Shown piece by piece: positions 1-11,339 of a stretch of 64,000 bases of DNA (its first letter is position 1; the number at the start of each line of letters is the position of its first letter). The stretch is from the NCBI GenBank assembly GCA_951406725.2, contig OX597814.1, positions 94,612,001 to 94,676,000 on the forward strand. Direction: 5' to 3'. Both the position numbers and the translations under genes were made by a program. The stretch comes from Octopus vulgaris (taxonomy: Eukaryota). The notes under the pieces were generated by a model. It ran no database searches and was not told where the DNA came from. It saw only the letters and a list, made by a program, of their open reading frames with translations.

Positions 1-82
1 ACCTGGATATATTTAAGCAAGCATATTATGCTCATAGTTTACAGGTGATGACAAAGATAAACATGAGTTTATCAGGAATGAA

Positions 83-258
83 ATTTAAAGTAAACAGAAA
101 ATGGAAAAATATTGATCAACAAAAAATTACTTACATCAATTATTATTTTTTAATTAAATACAAATAGGGATACAGTCTATTTCTATTGAATTACAAAATA
201 ATAATTAATGTAAGTCAATTGTTGATCAATATTTTCCATTTTCTGTTTACGTTATATT
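83..258. repeat. Long imperfect fold-back (about 85-bp arms)
   Basis: GTAAACAGAAAATGGAAAAATATTGATCAACAA (90-122) is mirrored by TTGTTGATCAATATTTTCCATTTTCTGTTTAC (219-250); the inner arms also pair, with a loop near 170-176; followed by (TA)n. Confidence 0.8.
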
Positions 259-294
259 TACATATATATGTACGTATGTATGTATGTATGTATG

Positions 295-338
<44 letters not shown>

Positions 339-512
339 CATATATATATACATATACATATACATATACATATAAATATACATATATATTTATATATATA
401 TGTACATATATGTGCATTTGTTTGTTTGTATGTATATATACATGTTTTATATACATATATATGTATATATGTATGCATGTATGCACGTACGTACGTATGT
501 ATGTATGTTTGT
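259..512. repeat. Compound (TA)n/(TATG)n microsatellite
   Basis: Read directly from the sequence. Confidence 0.95.
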
Positions 513-1838
513 GTACTAAAAGCAAAACCTATCAAAAGGATAGATGGACCAAGTGTAGGTTCAAGCAATAGCACGTGCCCTCAGAAATTCTGGGTTAGTG
601 TCCGACGTGCTGGAAGACCACTGTGTGAGACAGCCCTTAGCTTCAGTTAAAGCATGCCTTTGAGAGAAGTTCACACTGATATAAGACCAGATATGTAGGG
701 AATGGCTTTGGACATTTGAGGGGGTCTATTGCTTGTGCTTCAGAGCATGACAGACCTATATTGTCACGTGATATCTTCCTCTGGCGTATCTCTGGAAGGT
801 GTCAATAGGGTAGAGACGGTTTGTGAGGTTCTGATGAAGCTGCCCTATCAGATCTAAAATTTGAGATTGTGCAGTCACCGACCAGGCGAATATTTGATGC
901 CCAGTTGCATAGGAGAGCACCGCGGCGAGCTTGAAGCCGCAGACATGAACCTGGTTGAAGCCGATAGTTAGTGCAATAACTCAATGAGCGAGCATTGCAG
1001 GCATTTTGCATGGGCGAAGGTAAGTGACGGTCTTTCTCGGTCATCAACTATCATCACTATAGGTTTATATAAGACAAGCTTCAGCTCAGTATCCGTCTAC
1101 GAAAATTCCACTTTCAGATACTTCTCTACGTATCGCGTAAAGAGATAGCGTGCGAAACCACGTGTATTGTGTGTGTGTATATGTGTGTGCGTGTATGCGT
1201 GTGTGTATACATGCCTGTGTGTCTGTTTGATAGTTCTTTTATAATCAACAATGATTATTACGTCTTTATTCTTTATTTTATATGTGAACACATGCGAACG
1301 TCCGCGCATAGTCACATATACTTTCTCCTTTCTCCCTAGTCCTGCCTCTTTCTTTCATTCTATCTCTACCTTAATTTCTCTCTCTACTTCCAATTCTCTC
1401 TCACTCTCTCTCTTCCTATCTCTATCTCTCTCTCTCTCCCGTTTCATTTCTGTGTCTTTTCTTCCATTTCTTTCTATCTCCGTCTATCTACGCACATCCG
1501 TATGCACCAATACATATTTTCATGCACATGCATATATTCCATTATATCTGTGTATAGCTACAACTGACGACCCGATGACCTTTAACAATTCCGAAGTTGT
1601 TGAAACATCTCCACGTGTTCTGCTGACGTAGATATTGATCCGTTTCAAAGATTTTCATCAGATTAATGATAATAACCTTCTAATAAAGAACATTTAGAAC
1701 AATATAGTTTACTTACACGTAAATAAGTTCCCCTTTTGTCAGAAGACTACTTGACACTATTAATCATTCTAAAAGGCAATATAGAGTTTATAGAGCTGTA
1801 TATGCATCTATTCAGACAGATAGATAGATCGATAGATC

Positions 1839-1906
<68 letters not shown>

Positions 1907-1948
1907 TGTGTTTGTGTGTATACACATGTGTGTGTGTATAAATATGTA

Positions 1949-1998
<50 letters not shown>

Positions 1999-2420
1999 GG
2001 CGCAGAAGTGGCTGTCTGGTAAGTAGCTTGCTTACCAACCACATGGTTCCGGGTTCAGTCCCACTGCGTGGCACCTTGGGCAAGTGTCTTCTACTATAAG
2101 CCTCGGGCTGCCCAAATCCCTGTGAATTGATTTGGTAGTCGGAAACTGAAAAAAGCCTGTCGTATATATATATATATATATATATAAATATATATACGTT
2201 TGTGTGTGTGTGTGTATGTTTGTATGACTGTGTTTGTTCCCCACCAATGCTTGACAAGCGAAGTTGATGCGTTTACGTTCCCGTAACTTAGCGGTTCGGC
2301 AGAAGAGACCGATAGAATAAGTACTAGGCTTACAAAGAACAAGTCCTGCGATCGATTTGCTCGACTAAAGGCAGTGCTCCAGCATGGCCACAGTCAAATG
2401 ACTGAATCAAGTAAAAGAAG
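1999..2420 (+). mobile_element. tRNA-derived SINE, family B (internal microsatellite), near full length
   Basis: A-box-like TGGCTGTCTGG, B-box-like GGTTCAGTCCC, CORE-like CCTTGGGCAAGTG, internal (TA)/(TG) run, 3' CAGCATGGCCACAGTCAAATGACTGAA; about 10 homologous copies in the window. Confidence 0.85.
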
Positions 2421-2549
2421 AAAAGAAGAAAAGAAAAATATATATAAACAGAGAGAGAGGGAGAGAGCGAGAGAAGGAGAGGAAGAGAGAGAAACAGACA
2501 GGCAGGCAAGTAGACAGACAGGCAGAGAGGCAGACAGACAGACATACAT

Positions 2550-2600
<51 letters not shown>

Positions 2601-2767
2601 GGAAGGTGAGCAGAAGCATCCATATTCTCAGCTGGCTGAACTTAGTAGTGATCTCAAGCACCACTTTTATGATAGAGTTTTATCAGAAGCAACTGTTGGG
2701 AATCCTAAGCGTGACTAATTGAGAACTATCTTAGTTCACTTCACGTCTCCTTTCGGTTGGTTCGATC

Positions 2768-2854
<87 letters not shown>

Positions 2855-3379
2855 ATCCTTAGCAGCTCTATTCGGCATTTTCGGCATTTTCAGTTCTCTC
2901 CAGAGTGGTTTAGCGAACCATATCAAATCCGTTCCTTATATCTAAGGAGATACTTAGAGTACCTCCAACAAACCTCATAACATCTGCCAATGCAATTGCT
3001 AATGTCAGTATCGCTCGCCTTCTTCAAGGTATATGTATATACGATTCTTATTCTATACAACCGAAACTTGGAATACGGCCATTAAAAGGTTGTATCTGAA
3101 GTTCCTAATTTCCATTAGATCCTTGTTCAATAGCATAAAGGATAGTGAATTTAAACTTGTCAAATGTAGAGTTAATTTTAGCTGTTTACTTTGGGTAGGA
3201 GAGTTACTTTCTGGAATAGTTAATCTGTATAAACTCTGCGTTTCAAATGAAACGAGAAAAGAGTTTTTATAAGCTGGAGAATAACTAACAAAATATATCG
3301 ATTTTAGACAAGGAAATGAGAACAGAATTCACCTGTGTATATGATAACGAGTTTATTTTGAAATTCTGAGTAAATTTCC

Positions 3380-3475
3380 AAACAGGACATGTACCTGAAG
3401 ATGTCTTTGGTGTACAACGTCCGAAACGTTGTGACTAAAGATAAAGAAGAGAACACTGATCTGAATAAATTAGGG
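3380..3475 (+). mobile_element. Degenerate hammerhead-like motif, probable Penelope-like pseudo-LTR remnant
   Basis: CTGAAGA (3395-3401) ... CCGAAACGTT (3421-3430), with AATAAA downstream; helix II pairs poorly. Confidence 0.4.
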
Positions 3476-4898
3476 TAAAATACATAAACAAAGTATGTGT
3501 GTGAGTGCACGCGCGTGTGTGAGCATGCGTGTCCGTATATATGTGTGTGTGTGTATTCGTTTCTTAGCGCGCGCTTGTTTGTGTGTGTATGTGCACGGAA
3601 GTATACCTGGTTTTGTACGTACGCTTGTGCGCACTTAAAAGAAATTATCTTAGAAATTTTAGAAAATATCAAAATTGCATGAGGGATGTCACACGTATTT
3701 ATAACCTGCCACCTACATATACACGCACGCATGTTGTGTTTCGCGTGCATAAGCACGCGCATCAGAGAGAGAAAGAGAAAGAGTGAAAGTGAAAGTGAAA
3801 GAGAGAAAGAGATATGCTGATAGATTGTCACTTATTACAGACACACGTGTAGGAGACTGTCAGACTGACATCCAGACAGAAAGACACATAAATAGATAGA
3901 GCAGTAAATCATATGAGCTTTCAACAGCAAGAAAAGATTGATAGGTGTTGAAAGAGAGAAAAAAATAAAACGTAAATCGAAGTGCAAGTGGTATCTGAAA
4001 ACAATCAGCTAAATGGATAATTCAGAGCCGGAGTAGGCAGTGATTATGAATTCATACCACTAATGGAGCAGACGATTTTTACACAATCTGTTATTGATTC
4101 TTTATCTTTGCCCTTGTTTTCCTCCATGTCCTTTTGTATCCTTTCTCTCTTAACCTGTAATATCTATGTCTGTATCTCTCGCACACTCTCCCACTCTCCT
4201 TTTCTCTCTATTTCTCTCTATGCCTTCCACATGCATCCTAATTCGTACTTCAACACCAATCCTCTCTTTTCGCTCTTTATATCACTCTCCTTCGAACTGA
4301 ATTCGTTTAAATCATTTTCTCCACTCTCTTCTACATGAACGATCTCGTCATCATTTTTTTTTTTCCTTTTTTCTTTTTCCTCTTTCACGCCCTTACGATT
4401 ATAACCAACCACCACTCGCAAAGCTTTTCTTTCTTTCTTGCTCTGCAATCTTCTTCGTTTTGTTGTTCTTCCATCACTTCTTCATCCTTCTTCTTTCTCA
4501 ACTTCCTTCTTCTTTTCATATCCTCGTTGGTTCCTTTGGCACATCTAAATATGCATTCCTTCCACTACCGTTCCTTGTTCTTTATCGTCTCCTCCTCTTC
4601 ATATCTTGCCTTTCTTCCTCTCTCTTTTCTATTTACTCCCTAGCGAAACTACTCTACCATAATCCGCTCTTCACATCCCTGTCCTCCGCCTACTACTAAT
4701 ATACCCTCCGTTCTTATCTCACAACCTTCACACTTCTTCCTCTTCACTAAGTTTTCAACTATATTTCCTTCTTTTCTTAGATCCTCTCCAAATTAAGTTT
4801 AATGGTTTATGCAAATTGAATTCGATCAAAGGTTAAGCATCAGCTTAGACTTCACACGCATATTAGTAACATCATTCATACAGGCATATACACCAACC

Positions 4899-4957
<59 letters not shown>

Positions 4958-6264
4958 TATATACATGTACATACGTATACGATACATATGTATATATGCA
5001 TAAATAGACACACACATGCATAAATGTATGTGTGTGTGTTTATGTGTGTATACATATGCATAGACACTTACATACGTAACTGAAAAATAATTTATACTTA
5101 GGCACACGTACGTAAACTCATAACTGCTTTCGCATAACCAGGTGCTTGGTGCACATATGGACACTGCTGGAAATCTTCCTAACACTATCATCTTTTCCAG
5201 CTGTCAGAAGCAACAAGCATATCTATCCCATTATATTATTACACACCAGCAGCATCTCCAGCATATTGTATATCCTTATTCCGTTGATATCATCGTCGTG
5301 GTCGTTGATGTTGGTGGTGATGGTGGTCGTTGTGTTGTTGGTACGGAGAGCAGTGCTGCTGCTACTGCTGCGGCTGCTGTGGTTGCTGCTCTTCTTTTAT
5401 CCACAAATTCAATTATATTCATCGTTTTTTTGCTGTTGATTTTCCTTCCAACTTCCCTTTTGTATCGATATCATTGATGTTTTACGGTTTATTTTGCTCT
5501 GTTGTTTTTTTTTTTTTCTTTATCGATGTAAGATGATAAATTTGATGAGAAATGTTATAACAACGAAATAAATATATTGTAGTACTTCGAGCGTATGTCT
5601 TAATTTCAAATGCTTCCGGACTTTATTTGTCCTTCATCCCAGCAAGATTTTCAAAAGTAGCTACCCTCCATATACTCTCGAAGATCTCATTGCCCTTCTC
5701 TTCCAAGTATTCAAAATATCGATGCATTTCATCACGACATACCAAGAATCTTTGTCTCTCATCTTCCCATCAGGTAAGTCCGCAATTTCCAATTGTATAT
5801 CTTTGGCAATAACGTTTAGTAGAAAGATCTTTGTCTTCTATTATGGTACGGAGGTCGCTAAAATATAACATCCGATATGGCTTGATGTTCATCACAATAG
5901 CAGTGACAAGCCTTAGTCTTATTGTTTATCTCATTTAGCACGCCGGGAAAAATGCTTAGCTGCATTTCGTCCGTCTTTATATTCTAAGTTCAAATGCCGC
6001 TGAAGTCGACATCCTCTTTCACCGTTTCAGGGTCGATAAAATAAGTACTGGACTCAATGTTATTGACTGAAGTCAATATAATCGACTCTAGTAATCGACT
6101 TACACCCTCACCCGAAATTACAGGCCTTGTGCCAAAACTTGAAGCCATTAATTATGCTATTTAATAGCTACAGTGTACGCAAAGCAAATAAGAGCCCGTC
6201 TTCTACACGTCGGTAAATGAAACGGCCCAATGAGCGTCATCAACCAAATTGCTTTGAGGTGCAA

Positions 6265-6638
6265 ATATTCTTTTCTACTCTAGGCACAAGGCTCGAAATT
6301 TTTGTGAGGGGACTAAGTTGATTAGATCGACCCCAGCACGATCCCGAAAGAATGAAAGGCAAAGTCGACCTCGGCGGAATTTGAACTCAGAACGTAAAGA
6401 CAGACGAAATACCTATTTCTTTACTACCCACAAGGGACTACACACAGAGGGGACAAATAAGGACAGACAAACGGATTAAGTCTATTATATCGACCCCAGT
6501 GCGTAACTGGTACTTAATTTATCGACCCCGAAAGGATGAAAGTCGACCTCGGCGGAATTTGAACTCAGAAGGTAACGGCAGCCGAAATACGGCTATGCAT
6601 TTCGCCCGGCGTGCTAACGATTTTGCCAGCTCGCCGCC
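6265..6638 (-). mobile_element. tRNA-derived SINE, family A: full copy 6414-6638 plus partial copy 6265-6413 in tandem
   Basis: Minus strand reads GGCGGCGAGCTGGCAAAATCG...GAGTTCAAATTCC (A and B boxes), then TTTCATCCTTTCGGGGTCGATAAATTAAGTACC, then tail; further copies at about 5935-6155, 10822-11220, 13690-14058, 19857-19965, 23348-23528, 26280-26490, 29888-30082, 41103-41318. Confidence 0.85.
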
Positions 6639-7789
6639 TTTTTGAAGTCCAAATATTGAGATCAAGTGAGGTTCTTGTTATTTTTATTTTATTTTCAGAA
6701 GAATACAAGAATTCACCACTGATGGTCTTTATTCATGCCGAAACGGACACCGTAACATATGTGGAAGTAATCATTATGCTATAGCTGCATTTAATTTACA
6801 CTTAAATGAAGTACCAGTGAAACACTGGGGTCGAAGTAATCGACTAGTCTCCTCCCTCAAAATTTCAGGCCTTGTGCCCTAAGTAGAAAGGATTATTCAG
6901 AGGGGACAACAGAAGAACTTGGGTACTTGCTTAAGAATTGCTCAAGACTATACCTCTTTCTGTCAGTGATGGAAAATTGGATTTTAACTCAGAACTCACA
7001 GAATTGAAACAGCTAACTAAAATCTTCTTGTTCGATGTTTTAATATTTCATCAATTCGCAACCTCCGACCGGTACTTTATTTATCGACTCTAAAAGGATA
7101 AAAGATGAGGGAGAAAAAGAGGGAATTTGAACTCAGAATGCAGTGAACAGGAAGGAATGCCAGTGAGACATCATACGATATAAGAATGGAATGTTCATCT
7201 GCAATAGTTTAGAAAATATTTCGATAAGTGTACTGCATGAAAGTATCTTCCAAACTTATGTGCTTGTGTATGTGTGTGTGAGTATAAGAGGCATACAGAG
7301 GGAGAGTTCGAAAGAGAGGAGTAATTGGCAGAATAAGAAGTGAAATAAAATACCTTAGAGTATAGATTTCGTTAAGTTATGCAAAAACAATCAACGGAGA
7401 ACACGTGTGTGCTAATGTAAAATTTATTTTGTTTCATTAGGTTATACACCGTGAAGGCGAGAGAGATCAGCCGCCTCGTGCTTCGGAGTCTCCTTCACTG
7501 CTGACCAGTTCACTAGCTAGCCTTTCAGTGAAGTTTCTGTCTACAGTTCGTCTGTTATAAGTTCATGGGCAGTGCCCTACAAGGGCATCGTTTCCTAGTC
7601 TCTAACGTCTGTATCCCACGTATCCCAGCGAGTACAGCTAGTTTTGCAGGAAATTATGATCATAATTATTTCCAATATAGGTAAATGGCCTGAATTGCTA
7701 AAAAGGTTATTCGAGTAAGTTGATCATAGTATCTGACCCTTTACTTTATTTTTACCTTCTAAGGTAGAGTTACCTTCTTGAGTCATATC

Positions 7790-7962
7790 AACTCATAAGC
7801 GCTGGTTTCCCGGTTTTCGAGGTATATATATTCTCCACCTGGACGGGACGCCGGTCCGTCGCAGGTTTACTCATTTTTGAAGATGAGAGGACTGGAGCAA
7901 TGTGAAATGAAGTGTTTTGCTCAAGAACACAACGCGTCGCCCGGTCCAGAAATTGAAACCAC
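7790..7962 (-). mobile_element. SINE family D, partial copy
   Basis: Shares TGGAGCAA.GTGAAAT.AAGTGT.TTGCTCAAG.ACACAACGCGTCGCC with 32900-32965 and 63290-63345. Confidence 0.75.
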
Positions 7963-8352
7963 TTTCGACCCAAACTCCGAACGTGGAGATCTGTAGCTGA
8001 ACACTGCCAGGCATTTGGTTTGATACTTTACCGATTTTGCATATCAAGAAAAAAACTAATTTTTAAAGTAACAGTTGATGGAATTTTGGGAATTTCAATG
8101 ACAAAAACAGTTTAGATATATGTAAGGAATGAAGGTTTGATCTGTGTCTTGTATTGTAACGACCGTAGTGCTTCATTTCAGTTTTATTAAACCTCCTCAT
8201 CGAAAGTACTGTCTAGACACATACAGTAAGATCCCTGAACAAGGGGTGGAGATGTGGTGTTATATATAGAAGTGATTCACATACAAACTGAATCGAATGC
8301 ATACACACATGTGTTATATATATGTATGTGTATATATTTATATTTATAAATA

Positions 8353-8385
<33 letters not shown>

Positions 8386-8410
8386 TACACATACATATAT
8401 ATATATATAT

Positions 8411-8454
<44 letters not shown>

Positions 8455-11339
8455 GGGGGACGCACTAAAATTTAAACTTACGCCTAGCATCACTAGTCGA
8501 GAAATTAGAATCTTCACTAAGGCATTAGTCATTATGTTAATGTAATAACTTGAAATGCGTGGGTTGGATTGTATTTTCACCGCAATAAATCACTACTATA
8601 TTGGTTCTTCTCTTAAGACAACAACGAGGATGACTAAAACGTGTTTAGTGTGCAACATTCACTGAGAATACTATAAAGTATTTATATACATACAAATCGT
8701 CGATTTCTTAAGAAGAACCCACTGAATTTCGGTATTCTTAATTATGACCATTTTAAATGATGTAAACCTATTCCGACTCTAGCAATCTACATTAAGCCGT
8801 AGTAAACTTTTACTGAATTTTTATTGCAAGCTTTAGTCAAAATGTATAACACTGCTATTAGATAAGAACTGCATTTCTATTACATTGAAACTATTTACAA
8901 AGAATTAAACCTCTATCTATATCTTCAGAATGTCATTATCATTTTTCCCTGCTTCTCAATTCTTATAATACTAATTCTCAGAGAGAATGACTATAACATT
9001 ATAATGATCAGTGACGTTTAAAATCGGCAGCATTGGCGTGTTTCCAGTCTCATGATTATTTTTACCAATTTCATGCAAATTGCTATGATCATGAATGAAT
9101 AATTTATTACTTACGTAAGGAGATAATTATAGATTACATCATGCAGCCTATGAATTAGTAAATCCCCTCTCTGTTAATATATTGACGTCTTACTCTAAAA
9201 GATATTTTGGATTGAGATGAACAAAAAGAACAAATTATTGATAACGAGAAATCATTAATAAAAACTACATATATTTTCCCATGAAGATATTCCTTCAGAT
9301 AATATATAGAATTCTCTATAATTATTGTCAATGCTTTTTCGTCAAAGCAACCTCATTTTCTATGTGTAACTCAAACCTTATGAATGCGTGTGCAAGAGGA
9401 AATGATAAAATTCTATCCACTGTTGTGACGATGATGATGACGATTAGATTAAGTTTATATTCACACATATCTTATGCATTAGATAAATTTTTTCTACTTT
9501 CGTTTCTTTATTTTCAGTATTGATTCACTGTACACTATTAGCCACAAACGTTTGATGCAATTCATTTAAATACACAAAATTTTTATTTGGAGTCTGATTC
9601 ATATTACTGTCTTGCTGGTAATATGCTTAGAGTTTTTAGAGAGAGGTGACTACAGAAGGCTTCGTTGTTACTGTTTAGATCCCAGTTCAACCCCGATCAG
9701 ACAGACCGTACTTTCCTCTCATGGCCGTCCAGTATTTTCGTTGCATAGAGGATTACAATGTCTAATGTACTTCCTCCTTATATTAGACGATATGATGCGA
9801 TTTAAAGAAGATTTGGTTGCGAAATCTAGCGGACCGAGCAACCACGTACAGGCTCTCTTGTTGTTGCTGTTTTTCCTGCTGTTGATGTTGTTGTTATTGT
9901 TGTTATTGTCGTCGCCGTCGTCGTCGTTGTTGTTGTTGCTGTTGTTGTTATTGTCGTCGTTGTTGTTGTTCAATCTGAGGTCTTTGGTTTAACTAAATAC
10001 ATTAAGGCCAATGTCTATACTCTCATAGAGTATAGTATATCTTAAGCATAGTATCCAATGTGTTCTTTCGTGTTAAAATATACTGTGTGATTCAAAGGCA
10101 ATTTTCCAATGTCTAATAGTCATATAGAATCCCCTTTGCTATTATAAACAATAGTTGAAACCTTACGTCAGGGTAACTTAACGATTCCCCTTTTTTCTTA
10201 TTTCTAATTCAACATGAGTTATATACATCTAGGAGCAATAGCTATTTGATGAAGCAAATAGAAATGCTACTAACTCAGAAATAATAACTAAACGAAGCTC
10301 AAAACCTAATACTATAAACCTTATGAAGAACAAGCAATGAACGCTTACCATATGCGTTTATCCATTACTGTTTCAATCCTTTATATTTTGACAGTATTTA
10401 CTATTTCTGATCGATATTCATTTTTCCCAAATTTTTATCATTAGAATATCAGAATATTTAAATAGAATAATTAATATCTTGCAATAGCGTGATTTCGTTC
10501 ATTATTGTTTCTGTAGTTATTTTGATTGCACTTTTTTAAACAAAAACACACATAAACATTATCATCTTTCTGTGTGAAACTATAACGCCGCTGAATTTCA
10601 TATCAGAAAGCTATTACTGTCGTCAATAAAGAAAATCATTTCAGTCTAATTTAAAATAAATAAATGTAATTACATTGGACCGATTATAATGGTTTTTATG
10701 TTAATGTATGACTCAACGTTTAAACATCGATTCAGAAAATTACTCTCACGTTGTATATTTTATGCTGTATGTCATATAGTTTATGTTATATATTTTACAT
10801 TAAGTGAACAGAAATGTTTAAGGCGACGAGCTGGTAGAATCGTTAAAGCGTCGTAGCAAATGCCAAGTAGTGTTTCCGCCCACACATTAACCTCTGTCCG
10901 AAGTCGACCTTGCCTTTTATTCCTTCAGGGTTGATAAAATAAGAACCAGTTTAGCAATGGAATCGATGTAATTGACTTACCCACTCTACCTAAAATTACT
11001 GGCCGTGTGACAAAATTTGAGGCTATTATCAGAATCTTTAAATTGACAGAATTTCTTCTGGCTTTATACGTTCTGAGTACAAATCCCGCCAAGATCATCC
11101 TTCTGCCTGTCATTCTTTTTGAATCGAAAGAAAATAGTATTGCTCAAGTACTGGGTGGCTGGTAACGTCTACACACTGCCCCACACAATTACTCTCCTTG
11201 TGCCTTAGTTAGAAACAGTTATACGTGCTTTAGCTATGTTAATCGACGTTGAATATGTTCTAAAAATGAATTTGGGCCATGGACTAGTGGGATCCATAGT
11301 CCAGCTCTCTTGTGATTTACTTTAATGGGTATTTTCATG

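Noticed and set aside
1630-1668. Minus-strand CTGATGA-AAATCTTT-GAAACGGATC hammerhead-like string
   Set aside because: Helices I and III do not pair; compatible with chance or heavy decay
8155-8280. Possible solo LTR on the minus strand (TATA, AATAAA, ...TTACA end)
   Set aside because: No matching TG start, TSD, PBS or PPT found
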